From: an uncultured Trueperaceae bacterium
GTDB taxonomy: Bacteria; Deinococcota; Deinococci; Deinococcales; Trueperaceae
Direction of reading: 5' to 3'
Assembly (NCBI GenBank): GCA_963799485.1
Contig: CAWCXJ010000005.1
Span: forward strand, 132,309 to 196,308
DNA: 64,000 bases
This document shows, piece after piece, positions 49,030-59,251 of the stretch; position 1 is the stretch's first letter, and every line of letters begins with the position of its first letter. The notes under the pieces are model-generated. The model made no database searches. It was not told where the DNA came from and saw only the letters and a program-made list of their open reading frames with translations. Both the position numbers and the translations under genes were made by a program.

Positions 49030-52000
49030 ATGTCTCGAGCTGTACCTCCTACAACCCAAACGCCCACGCAAACAACGTCAAAACGGCTGCTCGGTCTGCC
49101 CGCAGTTGCCAGACTCATGCTTTTTACGCGGCAATCCGGCCCAGCGGTCTTGGTTACGACTTCGGAACGGCTCGAGCTGTTCCAGCAGAGTGGTGTTTTC
49201 GGTGAACCTGCCAGCCTCAACCCCACCCTGAGCGACTGGCCCGGCAAACGCGAAAAAGTTGTGCTTGACCTGAACAGTGCGCTGGCGGCGTTTCCGGTCA
49301 ATCCCGAACGCTTCGCCCTGACGCTCAAACTCGGGCAGGATTACCCGCGTGAGGCGCTGTTGGCGCAGCTGGTAAGTTTCGGCTACCCGCGCGACGAACT
49401 GCCGGGATTCGTGGTGCGCGGCGACACCGTAACGCTTTACCTGAGCGAAAACGAAGAAGAGGAGTTGCGGCTCGAGTTTTTCGGTGATGAACTCGACACC
49501 CTGACGCTCTTGGGCAAAACGGTCGAAAGCTACGTTCTAGCGCCGCGTGAAGATGCTGAGCTGGGCGACGCCGAAGACGCCTGGACGAGTCACCTTTTGG
49601 AGCATCTCCCCGGCCCGGTCTTTCTGGATTCGTCTGAACTCTTTGCCGGTGAAATCAACTCGGGTGAGCTGGGCTGGTTTTGGGAACATTTGGGCGGGCG
49701 TGAAGTGGTGTCGTTCGGGCGTGACCTACTTTCGCTGCCGGACGAAAAAAGTGTGCTCGAGCCCCTCGGCTACTACCGGGGCAAGCTCACGACTTTCGCG
49801 CGTGAGGCGAAAACGTGGCTTGAAGGCGGCTACAGCGTCACGCTCCTTTTACGGTTTGAACGTACCGGGCGGTATCTGCAGGAAAAAGTCCTGGACGGTG
49901 TTGAAACAAGCTGGGCGAACAAAGTTGCGGCGCAACCGGGCAAGCTGACCTTTGTTGCCGGGGCCGACACGCGCGGCGGCTACCGCGACGCTAAAGCCAA
50001 AGAAATCATCCTCACTGAAGACTTGCTTTACGGCTATCAGGGAACCAGACCCGGTGGCGTCGGTTCCAGAAAACTCTCCGGGCGGCGCGTGCAGGACACC
50101 GTGCAGCTCTCAGTGGGCGACTACCTGATTCACCCCGACCACGGTATCGGGCGCTTTTTGGGGCTCGAGCCGCGGCAAGTGTTGGGCGTCACCCGCGACT
50201 ACCTCATCCTCAAATACGCGGGCGAAGGCAAGCTCTACCTGCCGGTCGAACAGCTGCCGCTTTTACGGCGTCACCCCGGCACCACCGACGACCCGCCGCG
50301 CCTTTCAACGCTAGGCACCAACGAGTGGGCGCGGGCGCGGGAAAAAGCCCGTGTCGGGGCCCAAGAACTCGCGCTCAAACTCATTCGCACCTACGCCGAA
50401 CGGCAGGTTCAGGCCGGTCTCTCGATGCCCGCAAACCCCGAATGGGACGCGCTCATCGAAGAGAACTGCCCTTTTACCCTGACGTCCGACCAGAAGGGCG
50501 CGGTGCAGGCGGTGTGGCGCGATATGGGTAAAGAAGTGCCGATGGACAGGTTGATTTCAGGCGATGTGGGTTTCGGTAAAACTGAAGTCGCCATCCGCGC
50601 CGCGCACCGGGCTGTGGGTCACGGCAAACAGGTCGCCATGCTCGTCCCGACGACGGTTTTGGCCTCACAACACTTCGAGACGTATCAGGAAAGGTTCGGG
50701 GGGCTGCCGGTAAGGCTCGAGCTCTTATCCCGCTTCTCCTCGGACCGTGAAGCCCGTGACACTATCAAAGGCCTCAAAGACGGCACCGTTGATATTGTCA
50801 TCGGCACGCATAGACTTTTGTCCGAAGAGATCACCTTCAAGGATTTAGGACTTTTAATCGTAGACGAAGAGCACCGCTTCGGCGTCGGGCAAAAAGAGCG
50901 GATGAAGGCGATGAAAGCGAACCTCGATGTGCTTTCACTTTCTGCCACACCGATTCCCCGGACGCTCTATATGAGCCTCGTGGGTCTGCGCGACGTGTCG
51001 CAGATTATGACGCCGCCGGCGGGCCGCCAGCCGATTCAAACCGTCTTGCAACCCTTCGACCCGATGGTCGCGCGTGAGGCGGTGATGTTTGAACTCGAGC
51101 GCGGCGGCAAAACCTTCTACATTCACGACCGCGTGGGTTCGATGGGTTCCAAAGCACTGTGGCTGCAAAAACTCGTCCCTGAAGCGCGGATCGGGGTGGC
51201 ACACGGACAGATGGGCGGCGATGAGCTCGAGGAAGTGATGCTCAACTTTACCGAGGGTGCGTATGACATCTTGCTCGCTACAACCATCGTCGAATCGGGT
51301 TTGGACGTGGCGGGCGCGAACACCTTGGTGATCGAACGCGCCGACAAACTCGGGTTGGCGCAGCTCTATCAGCTCCGGGGCCGCGTCGGGCGACGCTCGA
51401 CCGAAGCGTGGGCGTACCTGCTCTATCCGGGCCGCTTGACCGAACAGGCGCAGCGCAGGCTTTACGCCTTGGCTGAACTCAACGACTTGGGCAGCGGGCA
51501 CCTGCTAGCCGAAAAAGATATGGAGATTCGCGGCGTCGGCAACCTCTTAGGCCCCGAACAGCACGGCAGTATCAGCGCGGTGTCGCTCGAGGTCTACACC
51601 GAAATGCTCGCTGAAGAGATTGCCAAACTCAAGGGTGAAGCCGCAACTGAGGCCCGTAAAGCCGTCGCTATCGATCTGAACCTAGACGCCCGCCTGAGCC
51701 CCTCGTATATCGCCGATGACGACGCCCGTATCGCCTACTACGGCAGGTTGTCCGAAACCGACTCTTTAGCCGAGGTCGGGCGCGTGCAGCGCGAGTTGCG
51801 CGAACGTTACGGGCCGCTGCCGCCTGAAGTCAAGGTATTCACCGAGCTGGTCAAACTGCGGCTGTTAGCGGCGCAAAAAGGTGTTACGTCGATTTCAGAG
51901 CACATGAGCGACGTGCAGCTCTCATTTGAGGGCGAAAGCTTGGACTACGACGCCCGCAAACTCAAAAGCTTGCCTTTTACCGCCGAAGCGACGCGCTACC

Positions 52001-52086
52001 CACCGGGTTTCAGCATCAAAAAGCGTGGGATTAAAGGTGATGAACTGCTGGGCGCAATCAGCGACGTGCTCTACCTGACCGCTTAG
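49030..52086 (+). CDS. mfd: Transcription-repair coupling factor
   Basis: 1018 aa; CarD/TRCF RNAP-interaction domain (GDYLIHPDHGIGRF), DEAD/DEAH helicase motifs (GDVGFGKTEVA, DEEHRFG, SATPIPRT), TRG region and C-terminal D7-like domain. Confidence 0.95.
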   Translation: MSRAVPPTTQTPTQTTSKRLLGLPAVARLMLFTRQSGPAVLVTTSERLELFQQSGVFGEPASLNPTLSDWPGKREKVVLDLNSALAAFPVNPERFALTLKLGQDYPREALLAQLVSFGYPRDELPGFVVRGDTVTLYLSENEEEELRLEFFGDELDTLTLLGKTVESYVLAPREDAELGDAEDAWTSHLLEHLPGPVFLDSSELFAGEINSGELGWFWEHLGGREVVSFGRDLLSLPDEKSVLEPLGYYRGKLTTFAREAKTWLEGGYSVTLLLRFERTGRYLQEKVLDGVETSWANKVAAQPGKLTFVAGADTRGGYRDAKAKEIILTEDLLYGYQGTRPGGVGSRKLSGRRVQDTVQLSVGDYLIHPDHGIGRFLGLEPRQVLGVTRDYLILKYAGEGKLYLPVEQLPLLRRHPGTTDDPPRLSTLGTNEWARAREKARVGAQELALKLIRTYAERQVQAGLSMPANPEWDALIEENCPFTLTSDQKGAVQAVWRDMGKEVPMDRLISGDVGFGKTEVAIRAAHRAVGHGKQVAMLVPTTVLASQHFETYQERFGGLPVRLELLSRFSSDREARDTIKGLKDGTVDIVIGTHRLLSEEITFKDLGLLIVDEEHRFGVGQKERMKAMKANLDVLSLSATPIPRTLYMSLVGLRDVSQIMTPPAGRQPIQTVLQPFDPMVAREAVMFELERGGKTFYIHDRVGSMGSKALWLQKLVPEARIGVAHGQMGGDELEEVMLNFTEGAYDILLATTIVESGLDVAGANTLVIERADKLGLAQLYQLRGRVGRRSTEAWAYLLYPGRLTEQAQRRLYALAELNDLGSGHLLAEKDMEIRGVGNLLGPEQHGSISAVSLEVYTEMLAEEIAKLKGEAATEARKAVAIDLNLDARLSPSYIADDDARIAYYGRLSETDSLAEVGRVQRELRERYGPLPPEVKVFTELVKLRLLAAQKGVTSISEHMSDVQLSFEGESLDYDARKLKSLPFTAEATRYPPGFSIKKRGIKGDELLGAISDVLYLTA

Positions 52087-52090
52087 CCGT

Positions 52091-52140
52091 GACGAGACAC
52101 AAAAAAAGAGCAGCACCTGGCTGCCCTTTCTTGTGTCGTC
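52091..52140. terminator. Bidirectional terminator between mfd and the OMP gene
   Basis: Inner hairpin gcagc-acctg-gctgc flanked by an A-run (left) and a T-rich run (right), enclosed by the outer arms gacga(ga)cacaa / ttgtgtcgtc. Confidence 0.5.
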
Positions 52141-52145
52141 AGGTT

Positions 52146-52646
52146 TTAGAAGTGGTAGTTAATACCCAAGGAAACGCGCGGCTCAAATTTGAGCGGAACA
52201 GTAAGCCCTGAGCCTAGCTCGACATAAAAGCCGAGTTCACGGTTAAAGCGGTACTCGCCGCCCGCAAAAGCAGCTAGACTGATAGTAGGTGACTCAAACG
52301 CAAAGGTGGTACCAAGTCCGAGCGACGGGCCACCGTAAATCTGAATGGCATTTTCGATCTGCGTGATGTCGAACATCGCGTCAGCGCTAAGGGAGATGTT
52401 ACCGGTATAGATAACGTCACCTGAAAGGCGAAAACGCAGATCCGGGTTGGTACCGAACAGGTCAACGTTCTCGAGTCCGTAGTGCAACCCTAAAGGAAGG
52501 GGCAGCGAAGCGCCGACAAACTGGGTTGTGTCGAACTCTACGCCCGCTTGCGGCTCGATGTTTACGTTCAAATCTACATCGGTCTGGGCAAACGCTACGC
52601 CTGTCAGAAGAATCATGCCCGCCATCGTTGCCAGTAGTTTACGCAT
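52146..52646 (-). CDS. Small outer-membrane beta-barrel protein
   Basis: Signal peptide (MAGMILLTGVAFA), alternating-hydrophobicity strands, aromatic C-terminus (...SLGINYHF). Confidence 0.7.
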   Translation of the reverse strand: MRKLLATMAGMILLTGVAFAQTDVDLNVNIEPQAGVEFDTTQFVGASLPLPLGLHYGLENVDLFGTNPDLRFRLSGDVIYTGNISLSADAMFDITQIENAIQIYGGPSLGLGTTFAFESPTISLAAFAGGEYRFNRELGFYVELGSGLTVPLKFEPRVSLGINYHF

Positions 52647-52666
52647 ATCTAACCTCCAGAAATCAT

Positions 52667-52692
52667 GTGAACAGACTTGAGCTACTGTTCAC
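52667..52692 (-). promoter_or_regulatory. Perfect 8-bp inverted repeat in the 5' leader of the OMP gene
   Basis: gtgaacag-N10-ctgttcac, ending about 15 nt upstream of the ggagg RBS (minus-strand sense). Confidence 0.3.
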
Positions 52693-52792
52693 GTTCATGC
52701 GGTTATATCACGGGGTTTTAGCGGGTAACAAGTAGGGGAGACTACAGCTTTTGTGCAAACAAGCTACAATCTGCTGCCGCGCCGGGTGCAGA

Positions 52793-53143
52793 TCACTCGC
52801 TGCCGCTGCGCTCGAGGTACCGCTTACGTGCGTCCCTGACCCGCTGCGACGCCCGGTTACAAGGCGGCAGCGCCTCGTATTTAGCCAAATATTGCCGTAA
52901 AAGCTCGGCTTCTTCGGAACGCGGCACCCGGCTGTAACGGCTCCGCCAATAGACAGCATCCTCAGTGATGCACACATTTTTGCCCAGATGCTGACGAATA
53001 CGGTTCGGCACGTCTTTGGTGGACTGACCGATATAGACGACCTGTTTTTTCGCGTCGGCGAGTTCATACACGCCCGGCTCGGCGTCACGTCCGCGTTTGG
53101 GTGGGAGCGCGTCTAGTCTGCGCCAGCGTGCGCTGATTGGCAT
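52793..53143 (-). CDS. GIY-YIG nuclease-domain protein
   Basis: GVYELADAKKQVVYIGQSTKDVPNRIRQH fits the GIY-x10-YIG...R...H layout; 116 aa. Confidence 0.6.
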   Translation of the reverse strand: MPISARWRRLDALPPKRGRDAEPGVYELADAKKQVVYIGQSTKDVPNRIRQHLGKNVCITEDAVYWRSRYSRVPRSEEAELLRQYLAKYEALPPCNRASQRVRDARKRYLERSGSE

Positions 53144-53158
53144 GGATTCTTAACAACC

Positions 53159-54172
53159 TCAGCTTTCGTAGCCGAGTTCGCGTAAAGATTCCGGGTCTTC
53201 ACGCCACGATTTGTGCACGGCGACCTCGAGGTCCAAGTACACACCCCGGTTCAGGAAAATCTCGAGCTGCTTTCTGGCCGTGCGCCCGATTTCCCGGATC
53301 ATGCTGCCGCCTTTACCCAAAACGATCATCCGGTGATTCGAGCGCTCGACCCAGATTTCTGCCAGGATGTAAACGAGGTCGTCCGAACCCTCCTCCGGGT
53401 CGCGCCACTCCAGCACCTGCACCGCCACCGCGTAAGGGAGTTCCTGGCGCAGGTGCGTCATCGCGCTCTCCCGGACGATTTCACCGGCCCAGGTTTCGCG
53501 GGACTGGTCGCTGCGGATGTTGTCCGGGAAAAAGAAGGGGCCGGGCTGGAGTTCGCTTAAGAGTTCGCTGCGCAAACGGTAAACCGCTCCTGGGTCGCTC
53601 TGGGCGCTCAAGCTGTAGCTGCGGCTTAGCGTCGGCACGAGGTCGCGGTAAAGACTCAGAGCTTCGTCCGGATACTTGGCGGCGTCGAGCTTGTTGCCGA
53701 CCAGGTAAATACGCGTGTCGGGGCTGAGGCTGCGCAGGAGCCGAGCCACGTCCTTGTCTTCGTCTCCGGGTGGGCGGCGCAAATCGACGAGCCACAAAAT
53801 CACGTCAACGTCTACTACAGCGTTTCTGACTTCGCGGTTCATGTATTCGCCCAACGCGTCTTTAGGCCGGTGAAATCCGGGGGTATCGACGAATACGAGC
53901 TGCCGGTCGCCTTCGGTAAAGATACCGCGCACACCGCGCCGGGTCGTTTGCGGCTTGGCGGTAATCGGCGCGACTTTTACGCCCAAAAGCGTGTTTAGAA
54001 GCGTAGATTTGCCGACGTTGGGTTTGCCCAAAATGGCGACGAAACCGGAATAGGTTTTGGGTGAATCCACCTCCAGCATGTCGTTATCTAAGGCTTGCGC
54101 CTCTAAAGTTCCTGTCTCTAAGGTCTCTGTTTCTGCAAGCTCGGGCGAGGTGGTCTCTGAAGGTTCAGACAT
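53159..54172 (-). CDS. era: GTPase Era (with an acidic N-terminal extension of about 40 aa)
   Basis: [21 protein letters not shown]-terminal KH domain ([13 protein letters not shown]); ATG at 54172 preceded by gggag. Confidence 0.93.
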   Translation of the reverse strand: MSEPSETTSPELAETETLETGTLEAQALDNDMLEVDSPKTYSGFVAILGKPNVGKSTLLNTLLGVKVAPITAKPQTTRRGVRGIFTEGDRQLVFVDTPGFHRPKDALGEYMNREVRNAVVDVDVILWLVDLRRPPGDEDKDVARLLRSLSPDTRIYLVGNKLDAAKYPDEALSLYRDLVPTLSRSYSLSAQSDPGAVYRLRSELLSELQPGPFFFPDNIRSDQSRETWAGEIVRESAMTHLRQELPYAVAVQVLEWRDPEEGSDDLVYILAEIWVERSNHRMIVLGKGGSMIREIGRTARKQLEIFLNRGVYLDLEVAVHKSWREDPESLRELGYES

Positions 54173-54496
54173 GTCAAACTCCCTTTTGCCGCGCGCTTTA
54201 CCGTGCGGCGAGAACGCTCATTATAGCGCCCCCGGTCTTGTGGGATTTGCCTGTGGCCTAATGTCGAACCCGGTCAGGGGTATGCGGAACCGGCTTCTTT
54301 TACTTTGGCGGCGTGCGCTGACGGGTTGTGGTCTCGAGTAAACTGCCTATTAGAGACGAGTTGCCATCTGTTTACCGCTTCTTTGGCCCCCGGTGCAGCT
54401 ACGTTGCTACTCGCCGCTCACCTACCCACCGCAGCGTTTCCCGCAAAACCTCACAAAAGGGTGTTCAAAAACGCTGAATTGTGCTAACTTTAAGAA

Positions 54497-55282
54497 GTGA
54501 CCACCGATAATACGCTGGTGCCTGCCGAGCGCCATCAGCATATCCTGCGTCTAGCCTTGGGTGAGCGCATCGTCCGCATCAAAGACCTCGCGCGGAGTCT
54601 GGGCGTCCACGAGATGACGATTCGCCGCGACCTCGACACGCTCGCCGACCAGGGTTTGCTGCAACGCGTTCACGGCGGCGCGCGCCTGACGCAGCAAGCA
54701 GGCGCAGAAGTTGCCTACACGATGCGCGCGACGCAGCAGTTAGGCGCAAAGGCGCGTATCGCGCAGGCGGCGCTGTCTCTTGTTCAAGAGGGTGACGCGG
54801 TAGGCTTCGACGCCAGCACGACGGCGCTGACCCTCGCGCAGCGACTCGGTCGGGTACAAGTTCAGGCGGTCGTCACGGGTTTGGACGTTGCCAACGCGCT
54901 CGCCGCCGCAAAAGTCCCGTTTACACTGATCGGCGGCACCTTTCACGAACGGGCGCGCTCGTTTGTCGGGAGCATGGTGACGCAGGGTTTGTCGCGGCTC
55001 CACCTCGATACAGTCTTTTTCTCCGCCAAGGGGTTTTCGGTGCAGGCCGGGTTTACCGACGCGCACCTGCCCGAAGTCGAGGTCAAAGAGCGGCTGATTG
55101 CAGCCGGAAGAGAAATTGTGGCGCTCCTCGACAGCTCGAAAGTCGGGCATGAGGCGTTTAGCAAAATCGTCGGCTTAGAGAAAATCGACGTACTGATTAC
55201 CGACGCCGAACCGTCCGAAGAACTCCGGGAGGCGCTCGCTGCCGCCGACGTTCGGCTCATCGTCGCTGAGGAGGAAGGGTGA
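54497..55282 (+). CDS. DeoR-family transcriptional regulator (probable rhamnose-cluster regulator)
   Basis: N-terminal HTH ([51 protein letters not shown]) plus a DeoR C-terminal sensor domain; GTG start; overlaps rhaI by 4 nt. Confidence 0.85.
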   Translation: MTTDNTLVPAERHQHILRLALGERIVRIKDLARSLGVHEMTIRRDLDTLADQGLLQRVHGGARLTQQAGAEVAYTMRATQQLGAKARIAQAALSLVQEGDAVGFDASTTALTLAQRLGRVQVQAVVTGLDVANALAAAKVPFTLIGGTFHERARSFVGSMVTQGLSRLHLDTVFFSAKGFSVQAGFTDAHLPEVEVKERLIAAGREIVALLDSSKVGHEAFSKIVGLEKIDVLITDAEPSEELREALAAADVRLIVAEEEG

Positions 55283-56448
55283 ATCAGGCTGTTTTAGAGG
55301 CTCTACGCGCGCAAGCTATCGAAACGCCGTCGTGGGGTTACGGCGACACCGGCACCCGTTTCAAGACGTTTGCGTACCCCGGCGCAGCCCGGAACGTGTG
55401 GGAAAAAATCGCGGACGCCGCCGTCATTCATAAACTTACGGGCGTCGCCCCGCGTGTCGCGCTGCATATTCCGTGGGACAAGGTAGAAGACTGGGCCGAG
55501 CTTAAAGATTTTGCCGAAGGTTTAGGCGTCGGTATCGGCGCAATCAACCCGAACGTGTTTCAAGACGAAGCGTACAAACTCGGGTCGTTAGGACACCCGG
55601 ACGCCAAGGTGAGGCGGAAGGCTGTGGGGCAGCTGCTGGGGTGCTGTGACGTAATGCGTGAAACCGGTGCGAAAGACCTCTCGCTCTGGTTTGCCGACGG
55701 CACGAATTACGCCGGTCAGGACAGTTTACGGGAACGTAAAGCGCACTTTGAAGAAGGTTTAGCCGAGGTTTACGCCGCGCTGCCCGAAGGCGGTCGGATG
55801 CTTTTAGAGTACAAACCCTTCGAGCCCGCTTTTTACGCGACAGACATTGCCGACTGGGGCATGGCCTACGCACACTGTCTTAAACTCGGGCCGAAAGCCC
55901 AAGTTTTAGTGGATTTGGGCCACCACCTGCAGGGCACCAACATCGAGCAGATTGTCGCGTTTTTGCTCTCCGAAGAAAAACTCGGCGGGTTTCACTTTAA
56001 CAGCCGCCGTTACGCCGACGACGACCTGATTGTCGGCAGCAAAGACCCCTTTGAGCTGTTTTGTATCTACACCGAACTCATCAAGGCCCGTCACGACGAC
56101 CTGCCCGGAGCCGAGCGCGTCGTCTATATGATCGACCAGAGCCACAACATCGAACCGAAGTTGGAGGCCATGCTGCTCTCGGTTCTCAATTGTCAAGAGG
56201 CGTATGCCAAAGCGTTGCAGCTGGACTTTACGGCGCTTTCGGAACGGCAGCAGCAAGGAGACGTTCTGGGCGCACACGAAGTCTTGATGGACGCGTTTAG
56301 AACCGACGTGCGGCCTCTTTTACGGGAGTTCCGGGAGACGTCAGGGCTAGACCCCAACCCTATGCAAGCGTTGAAACAAGGCGGCTACGCGGAGAAAAAC
56401 GCCTCAGAGCGCGGCACCGCCACCGGTGGCGGCGGCTATCCGAGCTGA
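55279..56448 (+). CDS. rhaI: L-rhamnose isomerase, RhaI type (Pseudomonas stutzeri / actinobacterial TIM-barrel family)
   Basis: [54 protein letters not shown] parallels the VPSWGVGTGGTRFARFPG...LHIPWDK region of P. stutzeri L-RhI as I recall it. Confidence 0.8.
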   Translation: MNQAVLEALRAQAIETPSWGYGDTGTRFKTFAYPGAARNVWEKIADAAVIHKLTGVAPRVALHIPWDKVEDWAELKDFAEGLGVGIGAINPNVFQDEAYKLGSLGHPDAKVRRKAVGQLLGCCDVMRETGAKDLSLWFADGTNYAGQDSLRERKAHFEEGLAEVYAALPEGGRMLLEYKPFEPAFYATDIADWGMAYAHCLKLGPKAQVLVDLGHHLQGTNIEQIVAFLLSEEKLGGFHFNSRRYADDDLIVGSKDPFELFCIYTELIKARHDDLPGAERVVYMIDQSHNIEPKLEAMLLSVLNCQEAYAKALQLDFTALSERQQQGDVLGAHEVLMDAFRTDVRPLLREFRETSGLDPNPMQALKQGGYAEKNASERGTATGGGGYPS

Positions 56449-57188
56449 TGCGCGTCTCGTTATTTATCACCTGCTACACCGACACGCTTTTTCCCGAAAC
56501 CGGGCGGGCGGTGGTCGAGGTGTTAGAACGGCTCGGTCACACCGTAGACTTTCCCGAAGCGCAGACGTGTTGCGGGCAGATGCACGTGAATACCGGGTAT
56601 CAGCAAGAGGCGCTGCTGCTGGTGCGTCACTTTGCCGAAACGTTTCGGGACGCCGAAGTTATCGTCTCGCCGTCGGCGTCTTGTGTCGGTTTGGTGCGCG
56701 AGCTTTATCCGGAGCTGGCGCGGCGTACCGGAGATGATACGCTCGTCACCGAAGTCGAAGCGCTTTCTCAAAAAGTCCTCGAGTTTTCCGAGTTTCTGGT
56801 CAAACTGGGTGTGTCGGACGTGGGCGCGTACTACCCACACCGCGTCACCTACCATCCGACGTGTCACAGTTTACGGGGGCTTAAAATCGGCGACGCGCCT
56901 ATCAAGCTGTTAGAGAACGTACGGGGCCTCGAGCTCGTCCCCTTAGAAAACGCCGCCGAGTGCTGCGGTTTCGGCGGCACCTTTGCCATCAAAAACGCCG
57001 ATACCAGCACCGCCATGCTCTCCGACAAGGTGCGCTGCATCCTAAACGGTCGCGCCGAAGTCTGCGCCGCTGTAGACAATTCGTGCCTGATGCATATCGG
57101 CGGGGCGCTCCACCGGGGGCGCACGGGCGTGCGGACGGTTCATCTCGCCGAGATTTTGGCCTCGCGGGAAGGGGACACGCATGTCTAA
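56448..57188 (+). CDS. lutA: L-lactate utilisation protein LutA (CCG-domain Fe-S oxidoreductase)
   Basis: VSLFITCYTDTLFPETGRAVVEVLERLGHTVDFPEAQTCCGQ, plus a second CCG motif (ECCGFGGTF). Confidence 0.88.
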   Translation: MRVSLFITCYTDTLFPETGRAVVEVLERLGHTVDFPEAQTCCGQMHVNTGYQQEALLLVRHFAETFRDAEVIVSPSASCVGLVRELYPELARRTGDDTLVTEVEALSQKVLEFSEFLVKLGVSDVGAYYPHRVTYHPTCHSLRGLKIGDAPIKLLENVRGLELVPLENAAECCGFGGTFAIKNADTSTAMLSDKVRCILNGRAEVCAAVDNSCLMHIGGALHRGRTGVRTVHLAEILASREGDTHV

Positions 57189-58611
57189 AGTCCCGTTACC
57201 GATGCGCTTTGAAAGGGCAGCCAAACGCACCCTCGCCGACACGCAACTCCGCCGTAATCTGGGCAAAGCGACCACGACCATCCGGGAAAAACGGGCGGCG
57301 GTCGTGTCCGAGCTGCCCGATTGGGAGGCGTTACGGGACGCAGGTGAGGCGATTAAAACGCAGGTCATGGCAAACTTGGACGGGTATTTGGAAGAGCTCG
57401 AGGCCGCCGTAACTCGGGCCGGGGGACACGTTCACTGGGCCAGGGACGCCGCCGAAGCCAACGAGCTGATTACGGCGTTGGTCGAACAGCACGGGGCAAA
57501 TGAAGTTATCAAGGTCAAGTCGATGGCAACGGATGAAATCGGTCTGAACGACGCGCTCGCGCAGGCCGGAGTTCAGGCCATCGAAACCGACTTAGCCGAA
57601 CTCATCATCCAGCTCGCCGGTGAAACCTCGTCGCATATTCTGGTGCCTGCCATCCACAAAAACCGCGCCGAAATCCGTGAACTCTTTATGCGAACGCTGG
57701 GCTTACCCGAGTTGTCCGACGAACCTGCAGCGTTAGCAGGCGCAGCGCGGCGCTACTTGCGTGAGAAGTTTTTAAGCGTCCCGGTCGGGATCAGCGGCGC
57801 AAACTTTGCCGTAGCGGCGACCGGCACGGTCGGCGTCGTTGAATCCGAAGGCAACGGGCGGATGTGTTTGACGCTGCCCAAAGTCCTGATTTCGGTGATG
57901 GGCATCGAAAAACTCCTACCGACGTGGCGCGATTTAGAGGTCTTCTTACAACTTTTGCCGCGTTCCTCGACGGGTGAGCGGATGAACCCCTACACCTCAT
58001 TCTGGACGGGCGTGACACCGGGCGACGGGCCGCAGGAGTTTCACCTCGTGATGCTCGACAACGGACGCACCCGAGTTTTAGCCGATGAGGTCGGGCGGGC
58101 GGCGCTGCACTGTATCCGCTGCAGCGCGTGCTTAAACGTCTGCCCGGTGTACGAACGCGCGGGCGGACACGCTTACGGCTCGGTCTATCCGGGGCCGATT
58201 GGCGCAATCCTGACGCCGCAACTTAAAGGTGTCCAGAACGCCTCGTCGCTGCCGTTTGCGTCGTCACTGTGCGGTGCGTGCTACGAGGTCTGTCCGGTCA
58301 AGATTGATATTCCCAAGATTCTGGTGCATTTACGGGCCGAGGTGGTCGAACGAAAAGAAGGCAAACCGCTGAGGAGGCTCGAGCCCGAACGCCTAGCTAT
58401 GATAGCCGCCGCAAAAATCTTCGCCGTCCCAAGCCGGTACGAGCGGGCGCAAAGGTTGGCGCGGACGGCGCAGGTCCCGTTTGTTCGCAGAGGGTTTTTA
58501 GAGCGTTTACCGGGGCCGCTCGCGGGGTGGTCGGCGACGCGCGATTTGAAGGCGGTTCCGAAAGAACCCTTTAGAGACTGGTGGCGCAAAAGACCGCGTA
58601 GTGAGCAATGA
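57181..58611 (+). CDS. lutB: L-lactate utilisation protein LutB (4Fe-4S binding)
   Basis: LHCIRCSACLNVCPVY and SSLCGACYEVCPV ferredoxin-type motifs, plus a LUD-like N-terminal domain. Confidence 0.9.
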   Translation: MSKVPLPMRFERAAKRTLADTQLRRNLGKATTTIREKRAAVVSELPDWEALRDAGEAIKTQVMANLDGYLEELEAAVTRAGGHVHWARDAAEANELITALVEQHGANEVIKVKSMATDEIGLNDALAQAGVQAIETDLAELIIQLAGETSSHILVPAIHKNRAEIRELFMRTLGLPELSDEPAALAGAARRYLREKFLSVPVGISGANFAVAATGTVGVVESEGNGRMCLTLPKVLISVMGIEKLLPTWRDLEVFLQLLPRSSTGERMNPYTSFWTGVTPGDGPQEFHLVMLDNGRTRVLADEVGRAALHCIRCSACLNVCPVYERAGGHAYGSVYPGPIGAILTPQLKGVQNASSLPFASSLCGACYEVCPVKIDIPKILVHLRAEVVERKEGKPLRRLEPERLAMIAAAKIFAVPSRYERAQRLARTAQVPFVRRGFLERLPGPLAGWSATRDLKAVPKEPFRDWWRKRPRSEQ

Positions 58612-58621
58612 GTAACGAGCC

Positions 58622-59251
58622 ATGAGTGACGCTAAGACCGAGATTTTAAGCCGGATACGGGGCGCTTTAGGTGAACGTCGGAATGCGCCTGAGGTGGCGC
58701 GAGGCTACCTCCACACCTCAGGCTTGCCGCAAACCGAACTTGTCGAAATGTTTTCTGAGCGCACCACCGAATACCGTGCGACGGTCTACCGGACGATCGA
58801 GGCCGAACTGAGTAAGAAAATCGCAGAAGTCTGCCGTTTACGCGGGGCAAAAACGCTCGTCGTTCCTGCCGACCTGCCGGATTCTTGGAGAGCTCGAGCT
58901 GTGCAGTTCATCCCCGACAACGGCCTGACGAACGCCGAACTGAGCGCCGCCGACGGCGTGCTGAGCGGGTGTGCGCTGGCGGTGGCGCAAACCGGAACCC
59001 TCGTTCTAGACGGTGGTACGGCGCAGGGGCGGCGCGCTCTGACGCTCTTACCCGACCTGCACCTCTGCGTCGTCTTTACGCGTCAAATCGTCGGGACGGT
59101 GCCCGAGGCGGTTACGGCGTTGCAAGGTGCAGCAACCCGTCCCCTGACCTTGATTTCAGGGCCGTCGGCTACCTCGGACATCGAACTGAACCGGGTCGAA
59201 GGGGTTCACGGCCCGCGCACCCTAAATATCTTGCTCGTGGAGGAGACTTGA
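58622..59251 (+). CDS. lutC: L-lactate utilisation protein LutC (LUD domain)
   Basis: 209 aa with a LUD/YkgG-like layout; its stop overlaps the next ATG by 1 nt. Confidence 0.85.
   Translation: MSDAKTEILSRIRGALGERRNAPEVARGYLHTSGLPQTELVEMFSERTTEYRATVYRTIEAELSKKIAEVCRLRGAKTLVVPADLPDSWRARAVQFIPDNGLTNAELSAADGVLSGCALAVAQTGTLVLDGGTAQGRRALTLLPDLHLCVVFTRQIVGTVPEAVTALQGAATRPLTLISGPSATSDIELNRVEGVHGPRTLNILLVEET

Noticed and set aside
58885-59250. 122-codon extension of the rhaEW ORF (and the analogous 15876-16025 extension of pstB).
   Set aside because: Both overlap the preceding, well-supported gene in another frame and are Arg-rich. The family N-termini begin at 59251 and 16026.
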